DNA of 64,000 bases from Methylophaga sp. (GCF_009711715.1 NZ_VENF01000010.1:526-64525); one strand, 5' to 3'. Positions 46,638 to 57,418 are shown, counted from the first letter of the stretch. Numbers and translations: made by a program. Notes: generated from the letters alone by a model not told the origin.

Positions 46638-49475
46638 TTGTCAGAAATAGAATTTATCATTGGCCAGCGCTGGGTCAGTAACAGCGAAGCAGAACTCGGA
46701 TTAGGCATCATCAAGGACAGTAGTGGCCGCAGCATCGAAGTGTTCTTCCCGGCGGTCGCAGAAAGCCGCTTTTATGCGGCTGATAATGCGCCTTTGAGCC
46801 GTGTGATTTACTCAGAAGGCGAACAGGTCAAAACCCGCGAACAATTGAGCTTTACCATTTCCGCCGTGCAGCCGCTCAATGGCTGCCTGATATATCAGGG
46901 TGAAACCAGTGACGGTGAAGCTGTGAGCTTCCATGAAATGGATTTAGACAGCCGGGTGCATTTCAACCAGCCGCAGGATCGCCTGTTTGCCGGCCAGGTA
47001 GATAAAAACAGTCAATTCGAGCTCCGTGCCAAGGCACTTGCTTACCAGCATGAGTTATTCAGTTCACCGGTATTCGGCCTGCTCGGTGCCCGGGTGCAAC
47101 TGTTACCGCATCAGTTATATATCGCCCAGCAGGTCTCGCAACGACATGCACCGCGGGTGTTACTGGCTGATGAGGTGGGATTGGGTAAAACCATTGAAGC
47201 CGGCCTCATCATGCATCAGAAGATTCTGAGCGGTGAAGTCAAACGCGCATTGGTGATTGTGCCTGACGCCTTGTTGCATCAATGGCTGGTCGAAATGCTG
47301 CGCCGATTTAACCTGCGTTTCAGTCTGATTGATGTCGATCGGCATCTCACACTGGTTGAACTTGACGAAGGTAATCCTTTTGACAGTGCCCAGCTGGTTT
47401 TATGTGGTCTTAATGATCTGCTTGATAACCCGGTGATGCAGGAGGATCTGCTGGCTGCGCACTGGGATATGCTGATAGTGGATGAAGCACATCACCTTTA
47501 CTGGGAACCTGGGAACAGCAGCCCGGCCTATCAGTTAATTGAAAAGCTGGCAGCGCGAGTTGCTGCATTGTTGTTACTGACCGCCACACCGGAACAACTG
47601 GGCATCGACAGTCATTTTGCCCGCCTGCGTCTGCTGGATCCTGAACGTTTTCATGACCTTGAAGCCTTCAGACAGCAGGAAGCTGCCTATGAGCCGGTTT
47701 CGACACTGATTGATAAGCTTGATTCACTTGATGCGTCAGACCGAAGCGCCATTGATAAATTGATAGTTGATTTGCGACCTTATCTGTCAGAAGTTCTGAT
47801 CGCGGCACTGCAGCGCGAGAATGAATTTGAAAGTTCAGTACAGCAAGCCATCAGAGACCTGCTTGATCAACATGGCACCGGTCGGGTTCTGTTCCGCAAC
47901 AGCCGAGAGGTGGTGAAAGGTTTTCCCAAGCGGATGCTGCATAGCTACCCACTTGCTGCAGATAGCAGACTCATTGGTAGTGAAGCGATCAGGCCGGAAA
48001 CCGTGTTTGGACATGACTGGCTGAACGAAGACAGCCGGATTGCCTGGCTGCTTGATTTTCTCAAAGCCCGCCGTGGTGAGAAAATCCTGCTGATTTGCGC
48101 CAGTGCCGATACGGCGACCCAGCTCGACAGCTATCTCAGTGTGCACCAGGGCGTTCGCAGTGCGGCTTTCCATGAAAATCTGAGCCTGATAAACCGTGAC
48201 CGCGCCGCGGCCTATTTTGCCGAGGAAGAGGATGGGGCGCAGCTGCTGGTCTGCTCAGAGATTGGCAGTGAAGGGCGTAACTTCCAATTCTGTCATCATC
48301 TGGTGTTGCTGGATTTACCCCGTCATCCGGATCTGCTGGAGCAACGTATCGGTCGTCTTGATCGCATCGGTCAGCAGCATGATGTCGACATTCATGTGCC
48401 TTATTACCAGGGAAGTGCCCAGGAAGTGCTGCTTAACTGGTATCACCAGGGTATGAATGCCTTCGAACAGGTCTTTGCTGCCGGTGATGCGGTTAACAAG
48501 GCGACACAGGATCAACTGTCAAACTGCCTCAATAATCCAGCAGATGCAAAAGCCCTGACCGGACTGATTGATTTGACCCGCAGCACAGCGGAAAAAGCCA
48601 GACAATCCCTGCAATCAGGTCGCAATCGTCTGCTGGAGCGGAACTCCTTTGATGCAGATGCCGCCCAGCACATTATTGCAGAACTGGAAGAAGCTACCCG
48701 TGGGCTGGAACTGGCTGATTTTATGGATGATGTGTTCGATGCTTTCGGCGTTGATCAACAGCCGCACAGCAGCGACAGTGTGATTATCGAGCCGGGCAAT
48801 CATATGGTGTACCCATTCCCGGAACTGCCGGAAGAAGGGCTGACAGCGACATATCAGCGCCATCGTGCACTGGGCCGTGAAGATATGGCCTTTCTGACCT
48901 GGGAGCATCCGATGGTCTTGGGCGCCATGGATCTGGTAATGAATACCGAGATCGGGAACAGTGCGTTCTGCACCCTGGAAACCAATGAATTCAGTCCTGG
49001 CACTTTATTGCTGGAAGCTATTTTTAAGGTGCAGGCTATCGGCAGCTTGCAGACCTATGTTGATCGTTTTCTGCCACAGCGTTACTTCCGTATTTTGGTC
49101 GACGCTGAAGGGCGTCAGCATCAGGATCAGCTGCCGGACAGACAGTTTAATAAGCTGGCCGGGCGGATCCCTCGTGCGACTTCGCAGGAATTGATCCGCC
49201 ATGCCCGGCCACGACTGGAAAAGCTGATCCAGCAGGCCCAGCGTGCGGCTATCGAACCGGGTGAAAGGCTGAGGTGTGATGCTTTGGCTGTCATGCAGCA
49301 GGAAATGACAACGGAGACTGCCCGTCTGCAAGCATTGTCTGAAAAGAATCCGGCCATTCGTCAGGATGAACTGGACGCCATGGCTGCACTCACTGAAGCG
49401 CTGGCGAATACGATACAATCAGCCGAATTAAGCCTGGATGCGGTCCGGGTCGCGATAGTCACTGAACCAAACTAA
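46638..49475 (+). CDS. rapA: RNA polymerase-associated SWI2/SNF2 ATPase RapA
   Basis: GQRWVS, LADEVGLGKT, VDEAHH, TATPEQ, SEGRNFQ, QRIGRLDRIGQ, RapA C-terminal domain. Confidence 0.97.
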   Translation: MSEIEFIIGQRWVSNSEAELGLGIIKDSSGRSIEVFFPAVAESRFYAADNAPLSRVIYSEGEQVKTREQLSFTISAVQPLNGCLIYQGETSDGEAVSFHEMDLDSRVHFNQPQDRLFAGQVDKNSQFELRAKALAYQHELFSSPVFGLLGARVQLLPHQLYIAQQVSQRHAPRVLLADEVGLGKTIEAGLIMHQKILSGEVKRALVIVPDALLHQWLVEMLRRFNLRFSLIDVDRHLTLVELDEGNPFDSAQLVLCGLNDLLDNPVMQEDLLAAHWDMLIVDEAHHLYWEPGNSSPAYQLIEKLAARVAALLLLTATPEQLGIDSHFARLRLLDPERFHDLEAFRQQEAAYEPVSTLIDKLDSLDASDRSAIDKLIVDLRPYLSEVLIAALQRENEFESSVQQAIRDLLDQHGTGRVLFRNSREVVKGFPKRMLHSYPLAADSRLIGSEAIRPETVFGHDWLNEDSRIAWLLDFLKARRGEKILLICASADTATQLDSYLSVHQGVRSAAFHENLSLINRDRAAAYFAEEEDGAQLLVCSEIGSEGRNFQFCHHLVLLDLPRHPDLLEQRIGRLDRIGQQHDVDIHVPYYQGSAQEVLLNWYHQGMNAFEQVFAAGDAVNKATQDQLSNCLNNPADAKALTGLIDLTRSTAEKARQSLQSGRNRLLERNSFDADAAQHIIAELEEATRGLELADFMDDVFDAFGVDQQPHSSDSVIIEPGNHMVYPFPELPEEGLTATYQRHRALGREDMAFLTWEHPMVLGAMDLVMNTEIGNSAFCTLETNEFSPGTLLLEAIFKVQAIGSLQTYVDRFLPQRYFRILVDAEGRQHQDQLPDRQFNKLAGRIPRATSQELIRHARPRLEKLIQQAQRAAIEPGERLRCDALAVMQQEMTTETARLQALSEKNPAIRQDELDAMAALTEALANTIQSAELSLDAVRVAIVTEPN

Positions 49476-49521
49476 ACACGGATAGTCATTTCCTTCTCTA
49501 GACGGTCGCTGGGAGCATAAG

Positions 49522-50754
49522 TTGTTAAAAAAAATCGCGTTACCCCTCCTTATCATTGGCCTCGCTATTCTGGCGTTCATGCTGCTCAAAGCCAGCGAGC
49601 CCGAAACGCCGGCAATGGAAAAGAAGCAAAAAGCCTGGCTGGTTGAAGCGGTTAAGGTTGAGTATCAGCGGGTTGCGCCGGAAGTGACTATCTATGGCAG
49701 AGTGGAGACCCCGCGTGATGCCAGCCTGAAGTCCGCGTTGGAAGCCGATGTTATTGAAGTCAATGTGCTGGAAGGCGACAGGGTGACAGCCGGGCAAACG
49801 CTGATCAAACTGGATGACATCGATATTCAGCTCGCACTGCAGCAGCGTCAGGCTGATGTTCAAGAAGCCCAGGCACAGATTGATAGTGAGAATCAACGCT
49901 TCCAGCGTGATAAAGCCTTACTGGCCAACCAGAAACAGTTACTGGAGCTGGCCGACAAGGCGGTACAACGTGCGCGCAAACTGGAGCAGACCCGGCTGGC
50001 TTCGCAGGCCTCGCTGGATGATGCCCTGGCAGCCTACGAACAGCAGGCCTTAGCGCTGAAACAACTGCAGTTTGATATCGACAATCACACAGTCAGACTG
50101 GCCCAGTTACAGGCAGCCAAGCAACGTGCTGAAGCCCTGTTGGCCCAGGCTGAGGTCAATCTCAGCCGCACCGGAATCAGGGCACCCTTTGATGGCCGGG
50201 TGGCCGGGCTCACGGTCGCTTTGGGAGACCGGGTCAGGCCTGGTGATACCCTGCTGACAGTCTATGATCTGGATAATCTCGAAGTCAGGGCGCAGATCCC
50301 GGGGCGTTATATTGCGCAGGTACGCCAGATGCTGCAGCAAGGCAAACAGCTGGAAGCCAGTGCCCAAGTGGATGGTCAGCTTATGCGGCTGACGCTGAAC
50401 CGTTTGTCCGGCGAAGTCAGAGAAGACAGTGGCGGGATTGATGGCTTATTCCGTATTGAGAACAATATGGCGCCGCTGCCATTGGGCACCTTTGTCGAAT
50501 TACAGCTGCAGCTTGCCGAACAGGAAAATGTGATTGAAATTCCGTTCAGTGCGCTTTACGGCATGGACCGTGTATACCTTATTGAGGATGGACACCTGCA
50601 GTCAGTGTCTATCCAGCGTATCGGCGAGGTGGAACGGGAAAACGGCAAAAACAGTCTGCTAATCCGCAGTACTTCGCTAGCACCGGGCGATCTGATTGCG
50701 GCAACACAACTGCCTAATGCGATCACCGGTCTGCGGGTTGAGGTTGCTGACTGA
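49522..50754 (+). CDS. RND efflux periplasmic adaptor (membrane fusion protein)
   Basis: N-terminal anchor, lipoyl halves, long coiled coil, IRAPFDG. Confidence 0.93.
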   Translation: MLKKIALPLLIIGLAILAFMLLKASEPETPAMEKKQKAWLVEAVKVEYQRVAPEVTIYGRVETPRDASLKSALEADVIEVNVLEGDRVTAGQTLIKLDDIDIQLALQQRQADVQEAQAQIDSENQRFQRDKALLANQKQLLELADKAVQRARKLEQTRLASQASLDDALAAYEQQALALKQLQFDIDNHTVRLAQLQAAKQRAEALLAQAEVNLSRTGIRAPFDGRVAGLTVALGDRVRPGDTLLTVYDLDNLEVRAQIPGRYIAQVRQMLQQGKQLEASAQVDGQLMRLTLNRLSGEVREDSGGIDGLFRIENNMAPLPLGTFVELQLQLAEQENVIEIPFSALYGMDRVYLIEDGHLQSVSIQRIGEVERENGKNSLLIRSTSLAPGDLIAATQLPNAITGLRVEVAD

Positions 50755-53700
50755 TGGAGAGCCATCGCAACGATTTTATCGGCATATTCGCCCAGCATCG
50801 GGTTGCCGCCAATCTGCTGATGATCATGATGCTGGTTGCCGGTGTCTTATCGCTGAACCGGCTTAATACCCAGTTTTTCCCCAATTTCGCGCTCGATATC
50901 ATCACCGTCAGCATCACCTGGCGGGGTGCCAGTGCCGAGGACGTGGAAGAATCGCTGACCACCCGCGTCGAGCAGGAACTGCGTACTATCGACTATGTCG
51001 ACAAGATGACCTCGACGTCATCTTATGGAGCTTCTCTGGTAACGCTGGAGTTCGAAGAAGATGCGGATATGGGCCGGGCACTGGATCAGGTCAAGGATCA
51101 TGTGGCCCGCCTGCGTAATCTGCCGACCGATTCGGAAACCCCTGAAATCAGTCTGGTGACCCGTTATGACACCGTGGCCAGGCTCTTGATAACCAGTGAC
51201 GGCGAATTGGATGAACTTCGAGATCTGGCGCATCAAATTGAGCATGAATTACTGGACCGCGGTATTTCCAGGGTCAATATCACCGGCCTGCCGGAAGAAG
51301 AAATCGCTATCCAACTCAGTACTCATGAACTGGAAGCGCTGGGGCTCAGTTTTAACGAAGTCGGTGAGCGAGTCGGCGAGCAGAGTCAGGATCTACCAGC
51401 CGGTGAGGTAGGGAATGATGAGACCGCCCGGCAGCTTCGCAGCCAGGGACAAAAACGCGACGTTTATGCGTTCAGCGAGTTACTGCTGAAAGCCGATTAT
51501 GCCGGCGGTCTGGTGATGCTTGATGATGTCGCGGAGATCGAGCGGCGGCCGATGCGTAATCAGGTCAAGGTGTTTTATCAGGGCCAGCCTGCGGTCGAAA
51601 TTGAACTGCAGCGTACTGAAAATGCCGATGCACTGAAATCCGCGGAAATCATGAAACAGTGGCTGGATGACAGCCGCCATGAAATGCCCGAGGGCGTCAA
51701 AATCAGGGTGTTTGATGCTACCTGGGAACTGATTGAAGAACGGATTAACCTGCTGCTGCATAATGGTCTCGGCGGCTTGATACTGGTGCTGGGCGTGCTG
51801 TTTCTGTTCCTGCATGGCCGTGTGGCTTTCTGGGTCGCGGTGGGCATACCGGTGTCATTCATGGCGGCGCTGTCAGTGCTTTATTTACTTGGCGGCAGTA
51901 TCAATATGATCAGTCTGTTCGGACTCATCATGTCGCTGGGGATTATCGTCGATGATGCCATTGTGGTGGGTGAAGATGCCTTATCACATTATCAAAGCGG
52001 CGAACGGTCGCTGACCGCGGCCGAAGGCGGTGCCAGACGGATGCTGGCGCCAGTGGTGTCCTCATCGCTGACGACGATTTCAGCGTTTCTGCCTTTGATG
52101 ATGATAAGCGGCGTTATCGGCAATATTCTGTTCGATATTCCCTTTGTCGTAATCTGTGTGATTATCGCTTCCCTGATTGAGAGTTTTCTCATACTTCCCG
52201 GTCACTTGCGGCATTCTTTTCATACCATGCATCATGCTGAACCCGGGCGCCTTCGCCATTACCTCGACAGTCAGTTTCACCGCTTTCGTGATCATGTTTT
52301 CAAACCGCTGGTCACTTATGCCGTGAATTTTCGCGGGGTCACCATCGCGGCCGCGCTGGCTTTGTTAATTCTGGCCATCGGTCTGCTCGCCAGTGGCCGG
52401 ATTCTGTTCAACTTTTTTCCGTCGCCTGAAGGAACGACCATTGTGGCCAATGCCCGATTTATTGCTGGTACACCGGGCGAACATGTGGAACGTTTCCTGG
52501 CGCATGTGAATGAGGCCCTGGAAGAAACAGCACAGGAAATGGGCCCTGAGTTAATGGATCTGTCCGTGACACGGTTGAGCACGGCCAGTGCTGCCAACCC
52601 GAATGCAACTTCCCAGGTTGATGAGCGTTTCGGCTCGATCCAGCTGGAAATGATTTCGCCGGATCAGCGCGATATTCGCAATAAAGATTTTATTAACGTC
52701 TGGCGTGAAAAAATTCATTTGCCTCCGGGCATAGAGACTTTCACTATCAGTGAGCGTCGTGGCGGACCGCCTGGCAGCGATATTGATATCAGGCTGACCG
52801 GTGCGCCGGCGGACACTCTCAAAGCTGCGTCTCAGGAGATTGCTGAGAAGCTCAAGACCTATCCCGGCGTCAGTGCCATTGAGGATGATATGCCTTATGG
52901 TCAGGAACAGTTGATTTACCGGATCAAAGGCCAGGGTGAAGTGCTGGGACTGACTCTCAATAATGTCGGACGCCAGCTGCGGGCCGCCTTTGACGGCCAG
53001 CTGGTGCAGATTTTCCAGGATGGTGATGATGAAGTCGAAGTGCGGGTAATGTTGCCCGAAAATGAACGCAATACACTGGCCACGCTGGAGAACTTTATGG
53101 TCCGCCTGCCTAACGGCGGTAGTGCACCACTGTCCAGCGTAGTCGAATTTGAAGCCCGCAGAGGATTTGATGTACTGCGGCACACCGATACCCAGCTTGC
53201 AATTCATACCACGGCCACGGTCGATGCCACAGTCAATAATAATAATGAGATCCTGGCTGATATGCAGCAGACATTTCTGCCTGAGTTGACCTCACGTTAT
53301 GGGGTCAAAGTTGCCTATGAGGGCCGTGCCGAAGAACAGGCAGAGACGATTGGCGATATGGTGCAGGGCGTCTTTCTTGCTTTTGTCCTGATTTATCTGG
53401 TGCTGGCCTGGGTATTTGCCTCTTATGGCTGGCCTTTGGTGGTGATGTCGGCGATTCCATTCGGACTTATCGGTGCCTTGTTCGGTCACTGGCTGCTGAA
53501 TATCGATCTGACCATATTATCGCTGTTCGGCATCTTCGGTCTGTCCGGAATCGTGGTCAATGACTCCATTATCCTGGTGACTTTCTTCAAACACTTGCGC
53601 GAGTCAGGTATGGGCACCCAGCAGGCGATCATAGAAGCGGCCAGCCAGCGGTTGCGTGCGGTATTACTGACCTCATTAACGACCATCGGCGGCCTGACGC

Positions 53701-53876
53701 CACTGCTATTTGAGACTTCTCTTCAGGCCCAGTTCCTGATTCCGATGGCGGTATCGATTTCTTTCGGTCTGATGTTTGCAACGGCGCTGGTGTTACTGGT
53801 TATACCGGCCATGTTATCTGTACATGAGAGTGCTGCGGACAAAATCAGTGGTAAGCTTGTGCCACAAAAAAGTTAG
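50754..53876 (+). CDS. RND efflux permease (AcrB/MdtB-like)
   Basis: 1040 aa; VAANLLM, FFPNF, GIIVDDAIVVGE, GIVVNDSI, RLRAVLLTSLTT. Confidence 0.96.
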   Translation: MESHRNDFIGIFAQHRVAANLLMIMMLVAGVLSLNRLNTQFFPNFALDIITVSITWRGASAEDVEESLTTRVEQELRTIDYVDKMTSTSSYGASLVTLEFEEDADMGRALDQVKDHVARLRNLPTDSETPEISLVTRYDTVARLLITSDGELDELRDLAHQIEHELLDRGISRVNITGLPEEEIAIQLSTHELEALGLSFNEVGERVGEQSQDLPAGEVGNDETARQLRSQGQKRDVYAFSELLLKADYAGGLVMLDDVAEIERRPMRNQVKVFYQGQPAVEIELQRTENADALKSAEIMKQWLDDSRHEMPEGVKIRVFDATWELIEERINLLLHNGLGGLILVLGVLFLFLHGRVAFWVAVGIPVSFMAALSVLYLLGGSINMISLFGLIMSLGIIVDDAIVVGEDALSHYQSGERSLTAAEGGARRMLAPVVSSSLTTISAFLPLMMISGVIGNILFDIPFVVICVIIASLIESFLILPGHLRHSFHTMHHAEPGRLRHYLDSQFHRFRDHVFKPLVTYAVNFRGVTIAAALALLILAIGLLASGRILFNFFPSPEGTTIVANARFIAGTPGEHVERFLAHVNEALEETAQEMGPELMDLSVTRLSTASAANPNATSQVDERFGSIQLEMISPDQRDIRNKDFINVWREKIHLPPGIETFTISERRGGPPGSDIDIRLTGAPADTLKAASQEIAEKLKTYPGVSAIEDDMPYGQEQLIYRIKGQGEVLGLTLNNVGRQLRAAFDGQLVQIFQDGDDEVEVRVMLPENERNTLATLENFMVRLPNGGSAPLSSVVEFEARRGFDVLRHTDTQLAIHTTATVDATVNNNNEILADMQQTFLPELTSRYGVKVAYEGRAEEQAETIGDMVQGVFLAFVLIYLVLAWVFASYGWPLVVMSAIPFGLIGALFGHWLLNIDLTILSLFGIFGLSGIVVNDSIILVTFFKHLRESGMGTQQAIIEAASQRLRAVLLTSLTTIGGLTPLLFETSLQAQFLIPMAVSISFGLMFATALVLLVIPAMLSVHESAADKISGKLVPQKS

Positions 53877-53885
53877 TCTGGCTAA

Positions 53886-53915
53886 GTTTAGTTTGTATTA
53901 AGCTTATGCCTTAAT
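53886..53915 (+). promoter_or_regulatory. Possible OmpR-family (PmrA/QseB-like) site upstream of the TolC-family gene
   Basis: GTTTAG-tttgt-ATTAAG direct repeat; also the palindrome ATTAAG-N7-CTTAAT. Confidence 0.35.
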
Positions 53916-53948
53916 AGTACCTATTTGGCGTGATAGTAAGGGGCCTGC

Positions 53949-55178
53949 ATGTCTTATTTGAAACACCTGGTTGCCAGTCTCCTGGTCTCAAATTCCCTTG
54001 TCGTTGCTGCAGGAGAGCTGCCAGCGGACTACGCTGATAGCATTACCCTCAGCACTGTGGCCGAGCAGGTTTACCAGCGCTTGCCGGGGAAAGAGGCAGA
54101 AAGCAAGTTCAGCCAGTTACAGCAAGCCAATGATGTGTTGGGCAATGCCTTATTTGCAGAACCTGCCACTGCCAATCTTGATCATTTTAATGATGCCATC
54201 GGTAGCGGAGAAGGTATGCAGGAATGGGAGGGCAGTGTCGATATGCCGCTCTGGTTGCCGGGTCAGCAACAGGCTCAGCAGGCGCTGTCCAGCAAAATTA
54301 TGGCGCAATTGCCGGCTTACCAGAACCGGCTACGACTGCAGGCATCCGGCGAAGTCAGGGAACTCATCTGGCAGGTCAAACTGGCTGAAGCAAGGCTTGA
54401 GCAGGCAACACAGGTCTGGGAAACAGCCAAAAAACTCGAACAGGATGTCGCATCCAGAGTTAAAGCCGGTGATCTGGCCGCCAATGAGGCGTTGCTTGCC
54501 AGCAGCAACACACTGGAAGCCCGTAGCCAAATGATTGCCGCTGAGTCAGAACTGTCACAACAACTCAAAACATACACCTTAGTGACCGGTCTCCAGTCAT
54601 TGCCGGCTGAAGTGACTGAAGTCTTGCAGTCACAGCCACAGGTGCCGGCCGATCATCCAGCCCTTTTAATGCAGGATCAGGTCATTGCCAGACTGCAGGC
54701 AGAAATGAATATCGCCAGGTTTGAGGGCAGCGTTAATCCCAGTGTATCTGTCGGCGTGCGTCGCGAACGCGGGGATGACAGTGAAAGCTTTAACAACAGT
54801 CTGGGACTTGGGTTCAGCATGCCCCTTGATAACAAGCGATACAGTCAGCTTGCTGTGGCTGAAAGTGCCGCTGCCCTCGCTGATGCCCAGGTGGCCAGAC
54901 AGGAGACTGAACGTCAGTTAAATAAAAATCTGCTCGCCAGCCAGGAGAGTTTATCTGCGGTAAACAAGCAACTGAAACTGGCAGCTGAACAGGACCGGAC
55001 CACCCATCAGTATTACCAGATGCAAAAGCGCGCCTTTGATCTGGGAGAAATCAATCTTATCGACTTACTCCGCAGCCAGGTTCTGGCTAATGAAAGCCGC
55101 AGTCGTAAACGTGAGCTGGAAGTATTGGTTGAGCAGAAAAAAGCAGCTGTCAATCAGGCACTGGGCGTGACACTCTAA
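53949..55178 (+). CDS. TolC/CzcC-family outer membrane efflux protein
   Basis: Signal peptide; repeated TolC halves; AFDLGEINLIDLL. Confidence 0.88.
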   Translation: MSYLKHLVASLLVSNSLVVAAGELPADYADSITLSTVAEQVYQRLPGKEAESKFSQLQQANDVLGNALFAEPATANLDHFNDAIGSGEGMQEWEGSVDMPLWLPGQQQAQQALSSKIMAQLPAYQNRLRLQASGEVRELIWQVKLAEARLEQATQVWETAKKLEQDVASRVKAGDLAANEALLASSNTLEARSQMIAAESELSQQLKTYTLVTGLQSLPAEVTEVLQSQPQVPADHPALLMQDQVIARLQAEMNIARFEGSVNPSVSVGVRRERGDDSESFNNSLGLGFSMPLDNKRYSQLAVAESAAALADAQVARQETERQLNKNLLASQESLSAVNKQLKLAAEQDRTTHQYYQMQKRAFDLGEINLIDLLRSQVLANESRSRKRELEVLVEQKKAAVNQALGVTL

Positions 55179-55200
55179 ACTTTCAACAAGTCATTGCTTA

Positions 55201-55233
55201 CTTAATTTTTCGTTAAGACAACCACGCTACTCT
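55201..55233 (+). promoter_or_regulatory. PmrA/QseB-type direct repeat and -10 for the downstream operon
   Basis: CTTAAT-ttttc-GTTAAG (55201-55217), 10 nt gap, then TACTCT (55228-55233). Confidence 0.6.
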
Positions 55234-55265
55234 GTGCCTGAAAATGTCACAGACTGGAGTGGTGT

Positions 55266-55973
55266 ATGGAAGCAGTTTCTTTCGATAATGTCCTGTCCGA
55301 TACCGGGCGTAATCATCGGCAGACGGCCAACTGGGGTTTATTACCCCTGTACTCGCTCAAACTGCATACGCCTGACAGTCACAACCGGGCCGCAGTAGAG
55401 CAGTTTATCTACCAGCGTTTCGCCCACCAGTATGCGGCCAATATCAGTGTGTTTCTTCCCATGCTCTTGTCAGCTGCAGATAACAAGGGCATCACCGCTG
55501 CATTGGGCTTCCAGCCAGCAAATTTACACCGATTATTTCTCGAGTTTTATCTGGATTGTGATATTGAAACCACGCTGGGGCTGGTCACCGGTGGCGCGGT
55601 TGAGCGCCAGCGTATCGTTGAAATCGGTAACCTGGCTTCCGGCAGACAGCGAGCGACGCAATCCCTGTTTCTTTTACTGGCTCAGATTCTGTACGAATCC
55701 GGCTATGAATGGGTGGTCTTTACAGCCAACAGTGCTGTTAAAGCCTGGCTCTCCAGATTACAGATACCCGCCTTTGTACTGAATGACGCTGATCCGAAGC
55801 GGCTGCCGGATAAAGGGGCGAACTGGGGCAGTTACTACGATGACAAGCCCGTGGTTCTGGCTGCCAATATTGATCGTAGCTTCAGCACCATGAACAGCCA
55901 CCCGCTGATGTCGCACCTGCGCGATCAATATGCCAACGAGATTGAGCGCTTCTCCGCCCGGCTGCCGCAATGA
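55266..55973 (+). CDS. 'Thermostable hemolysin' family protein (GNAT-like fold)
   Basis: VEQFI..RF..QY.A.I, LFLE.YLD..IE, IVEIGNLA, EWVVFTA, WGSYY..P.V; GGAG RBS. Confidence 0.88.
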   Translation: MEAVSFDNVLSDTGRNHRQTANWGLLPLYSLKLHTPDSHNRAAVEQFIYQRFAHQYAANISVFLPMLLSAADNKGITAALGFQPANLHRLFLEFYLDCDIETTLGLVTGGAVERQRIVEIGNLASGRQRATQSLFLLLAQILYESGYEWVVFTANSAVKAWLSRLQIPAFVLNDADPKRLPDKGANWGSYYDDKPVVLAANIDRSFSTMNSHPLMSHLRDQYANEIERFSARLPQ

Positions 55974-57418
55974 GCCTGATCGTCCGGCAATTACGTGACT
56001 TGGCAGCTGCAAAGCCTGAGGCTGGCGCTATCACGGACACACAGCAGCGTCTGACCCGGGTCGAATTGACAGGCGCAGTGACGCTGCTTGCTGAGTTGCT
56101 CAAGCCTTATCAGGGGCAGGTAGTGGCTTTGCTTGCAGACAATCAAATTGATTGGGTGGTGACGGATTTGGCTTGCCTTGAAGCCGGGGTGATATTGCTG
56201 CCTTTACCTGCTTTTTTCAGTGCCACGCAACAGCAGCATGCGCTGGCGCAAAGCGGTGCTGTAGCGCTGATTGGTTCTGCGGATAGTTTCCAGGGAGACC
56301 CCCTCACAAGCCACCTCAAGATTAAGTCTGTCCAGTCATCAGTACCGGCAAAATTACCTGACGATACGGTTAAAATCACTTTCACTTCCGGATCTACCGG
56401 TCAACCTAAAGGGGTATGTCTGAGCGAGGCAAACCAGCTCAGTGTCGCCAATGCGCTGTTGCAACGCACCGGACTGAAAAGTCCGCGGCATCTCTGCGTT
56501 TTGCCGCTACCGACCTTACTCGAGAACATTGCGGGTGTGTATGCCCCGTTACTCAGTGGTGGCGAAGTCATTTTGCTGCCAGCCAATGATCTTGGCTTTA
56601 ACGGCGCCAGTGAGTTTGATGTGCAGAAACTGGCTGCTGTGCTGGAAAGCGTTCAGCCTGACAGCGTGATTTTATTGCCTGGCATCTTGTCCGCATTGGT
56701 TGCCTTTATCAAGCATGGCTGGCAGGCACCAGACAGTTTGAAATTTGTTGCTGTCGGCGGCAGCCGGGTCGGTAGTGGTTTACTGGAAGCCGCTGAAGCA
56801 GTGAATCTGCCTGTGTATGAGGGTTATGGCTTGTCAGAATGCAGTTCTGTCGTCAGTCTCAACAGCCCGAAATACAATCAACAGGGGAGTGCGGGTATGC
56901 CGCTGCCGCATATCGAAGTCTCTGTTGAAGACGAGGAAATATGCGTGTCCGGAAATGCCTTCCTGGGTTATGTCAATGATCCTGAAAGCTGGTATCAGAA
57001 GCAGGTCAGAACCGGTGATATCGGCGCCATTGATGACGCAGGATATCTGCATATTCTGGGGCGTCGCAAAAACCTGCTGATCAACAGTTTCGGACGCAAT
57101 ATCAACCCGGAATGGATTGAAAGTGAAATCCTGGCCAACCCGGCCATCGCTCAATGCGTGGTCTACGGTGATGCGCGTCCCCTTTGCATTGCACTTATTT
57201 ATCCCCGAACGGCGGTAAGTGATGTGCTCATCGACAATTGGCTGGGCAGTGTTAATCAGGGGTTGCCCGCCTATGCCCGCATCAAACACTGGCTGCGACT
57301 TTCACAGCCACTGAGTCAGTCCAGCGGCACACTAACAGCCAATGGTAAACCCGTGCGGGAACAGATAGCGCGACGCTATCAGACAGATATCAACCAAATT
57401 TTTAAGGAGCAGGCTTGA
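55970..57418 (+). CDS. Adenylate-forming (AMP-binding) acyl-CoA-ligase-like enzyme
   Basis: TFTSGSTGQPKG, YEGYGLSE, RTGDIG, GRRKN, TANGK. Confidence 0.93.
   Translation: MSLIVRQLRDLAAAKPEAGAITDTQQRLTRVELTGAVTLLAELLKPYQGQVVALLADNQIDWVVTDLACLEAGVILLPLPAFFSATQQQHALAQSGAVALIGSADSFQGDPLTSHLKIKSVQSSVPAKLPDDTVKITFTSGSTGQPKGVCLSEANQLSVANALLQRTGLKSPRHLCVLPLPTLLENIAGVYAPLLSGGEVILLPANDLGFNGASEFDVQKLAAVLESVQPDSVILLPGILSALVAFIKHGWQAPDSLKFVAVGGSRVGSGLLEAAEAVNLPVYEGYGLSECSSVVSLNSPKYNQQGSAGMPLPHIEVSVEDEEICVSGNAFLGYVNDPESWYQKQVRTGDIGAIDDAGYLHILGRRKNLLINSFGRNINPEWIESEILANPAIAQCVVYGDARPLCIALIYPRTAVSDVLIDNWLGSVNQGLPAYARIKHWLRLSQPLSQSSGTLTANGKPVREQIARRYQTDINQIFKEQA

Noticed and set aside
55266-55973. Hemolysin/toxin interpretation
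   Set aside because: No signal peptide or pore-forming features; the family name is historical and the operon context is enzymatic.
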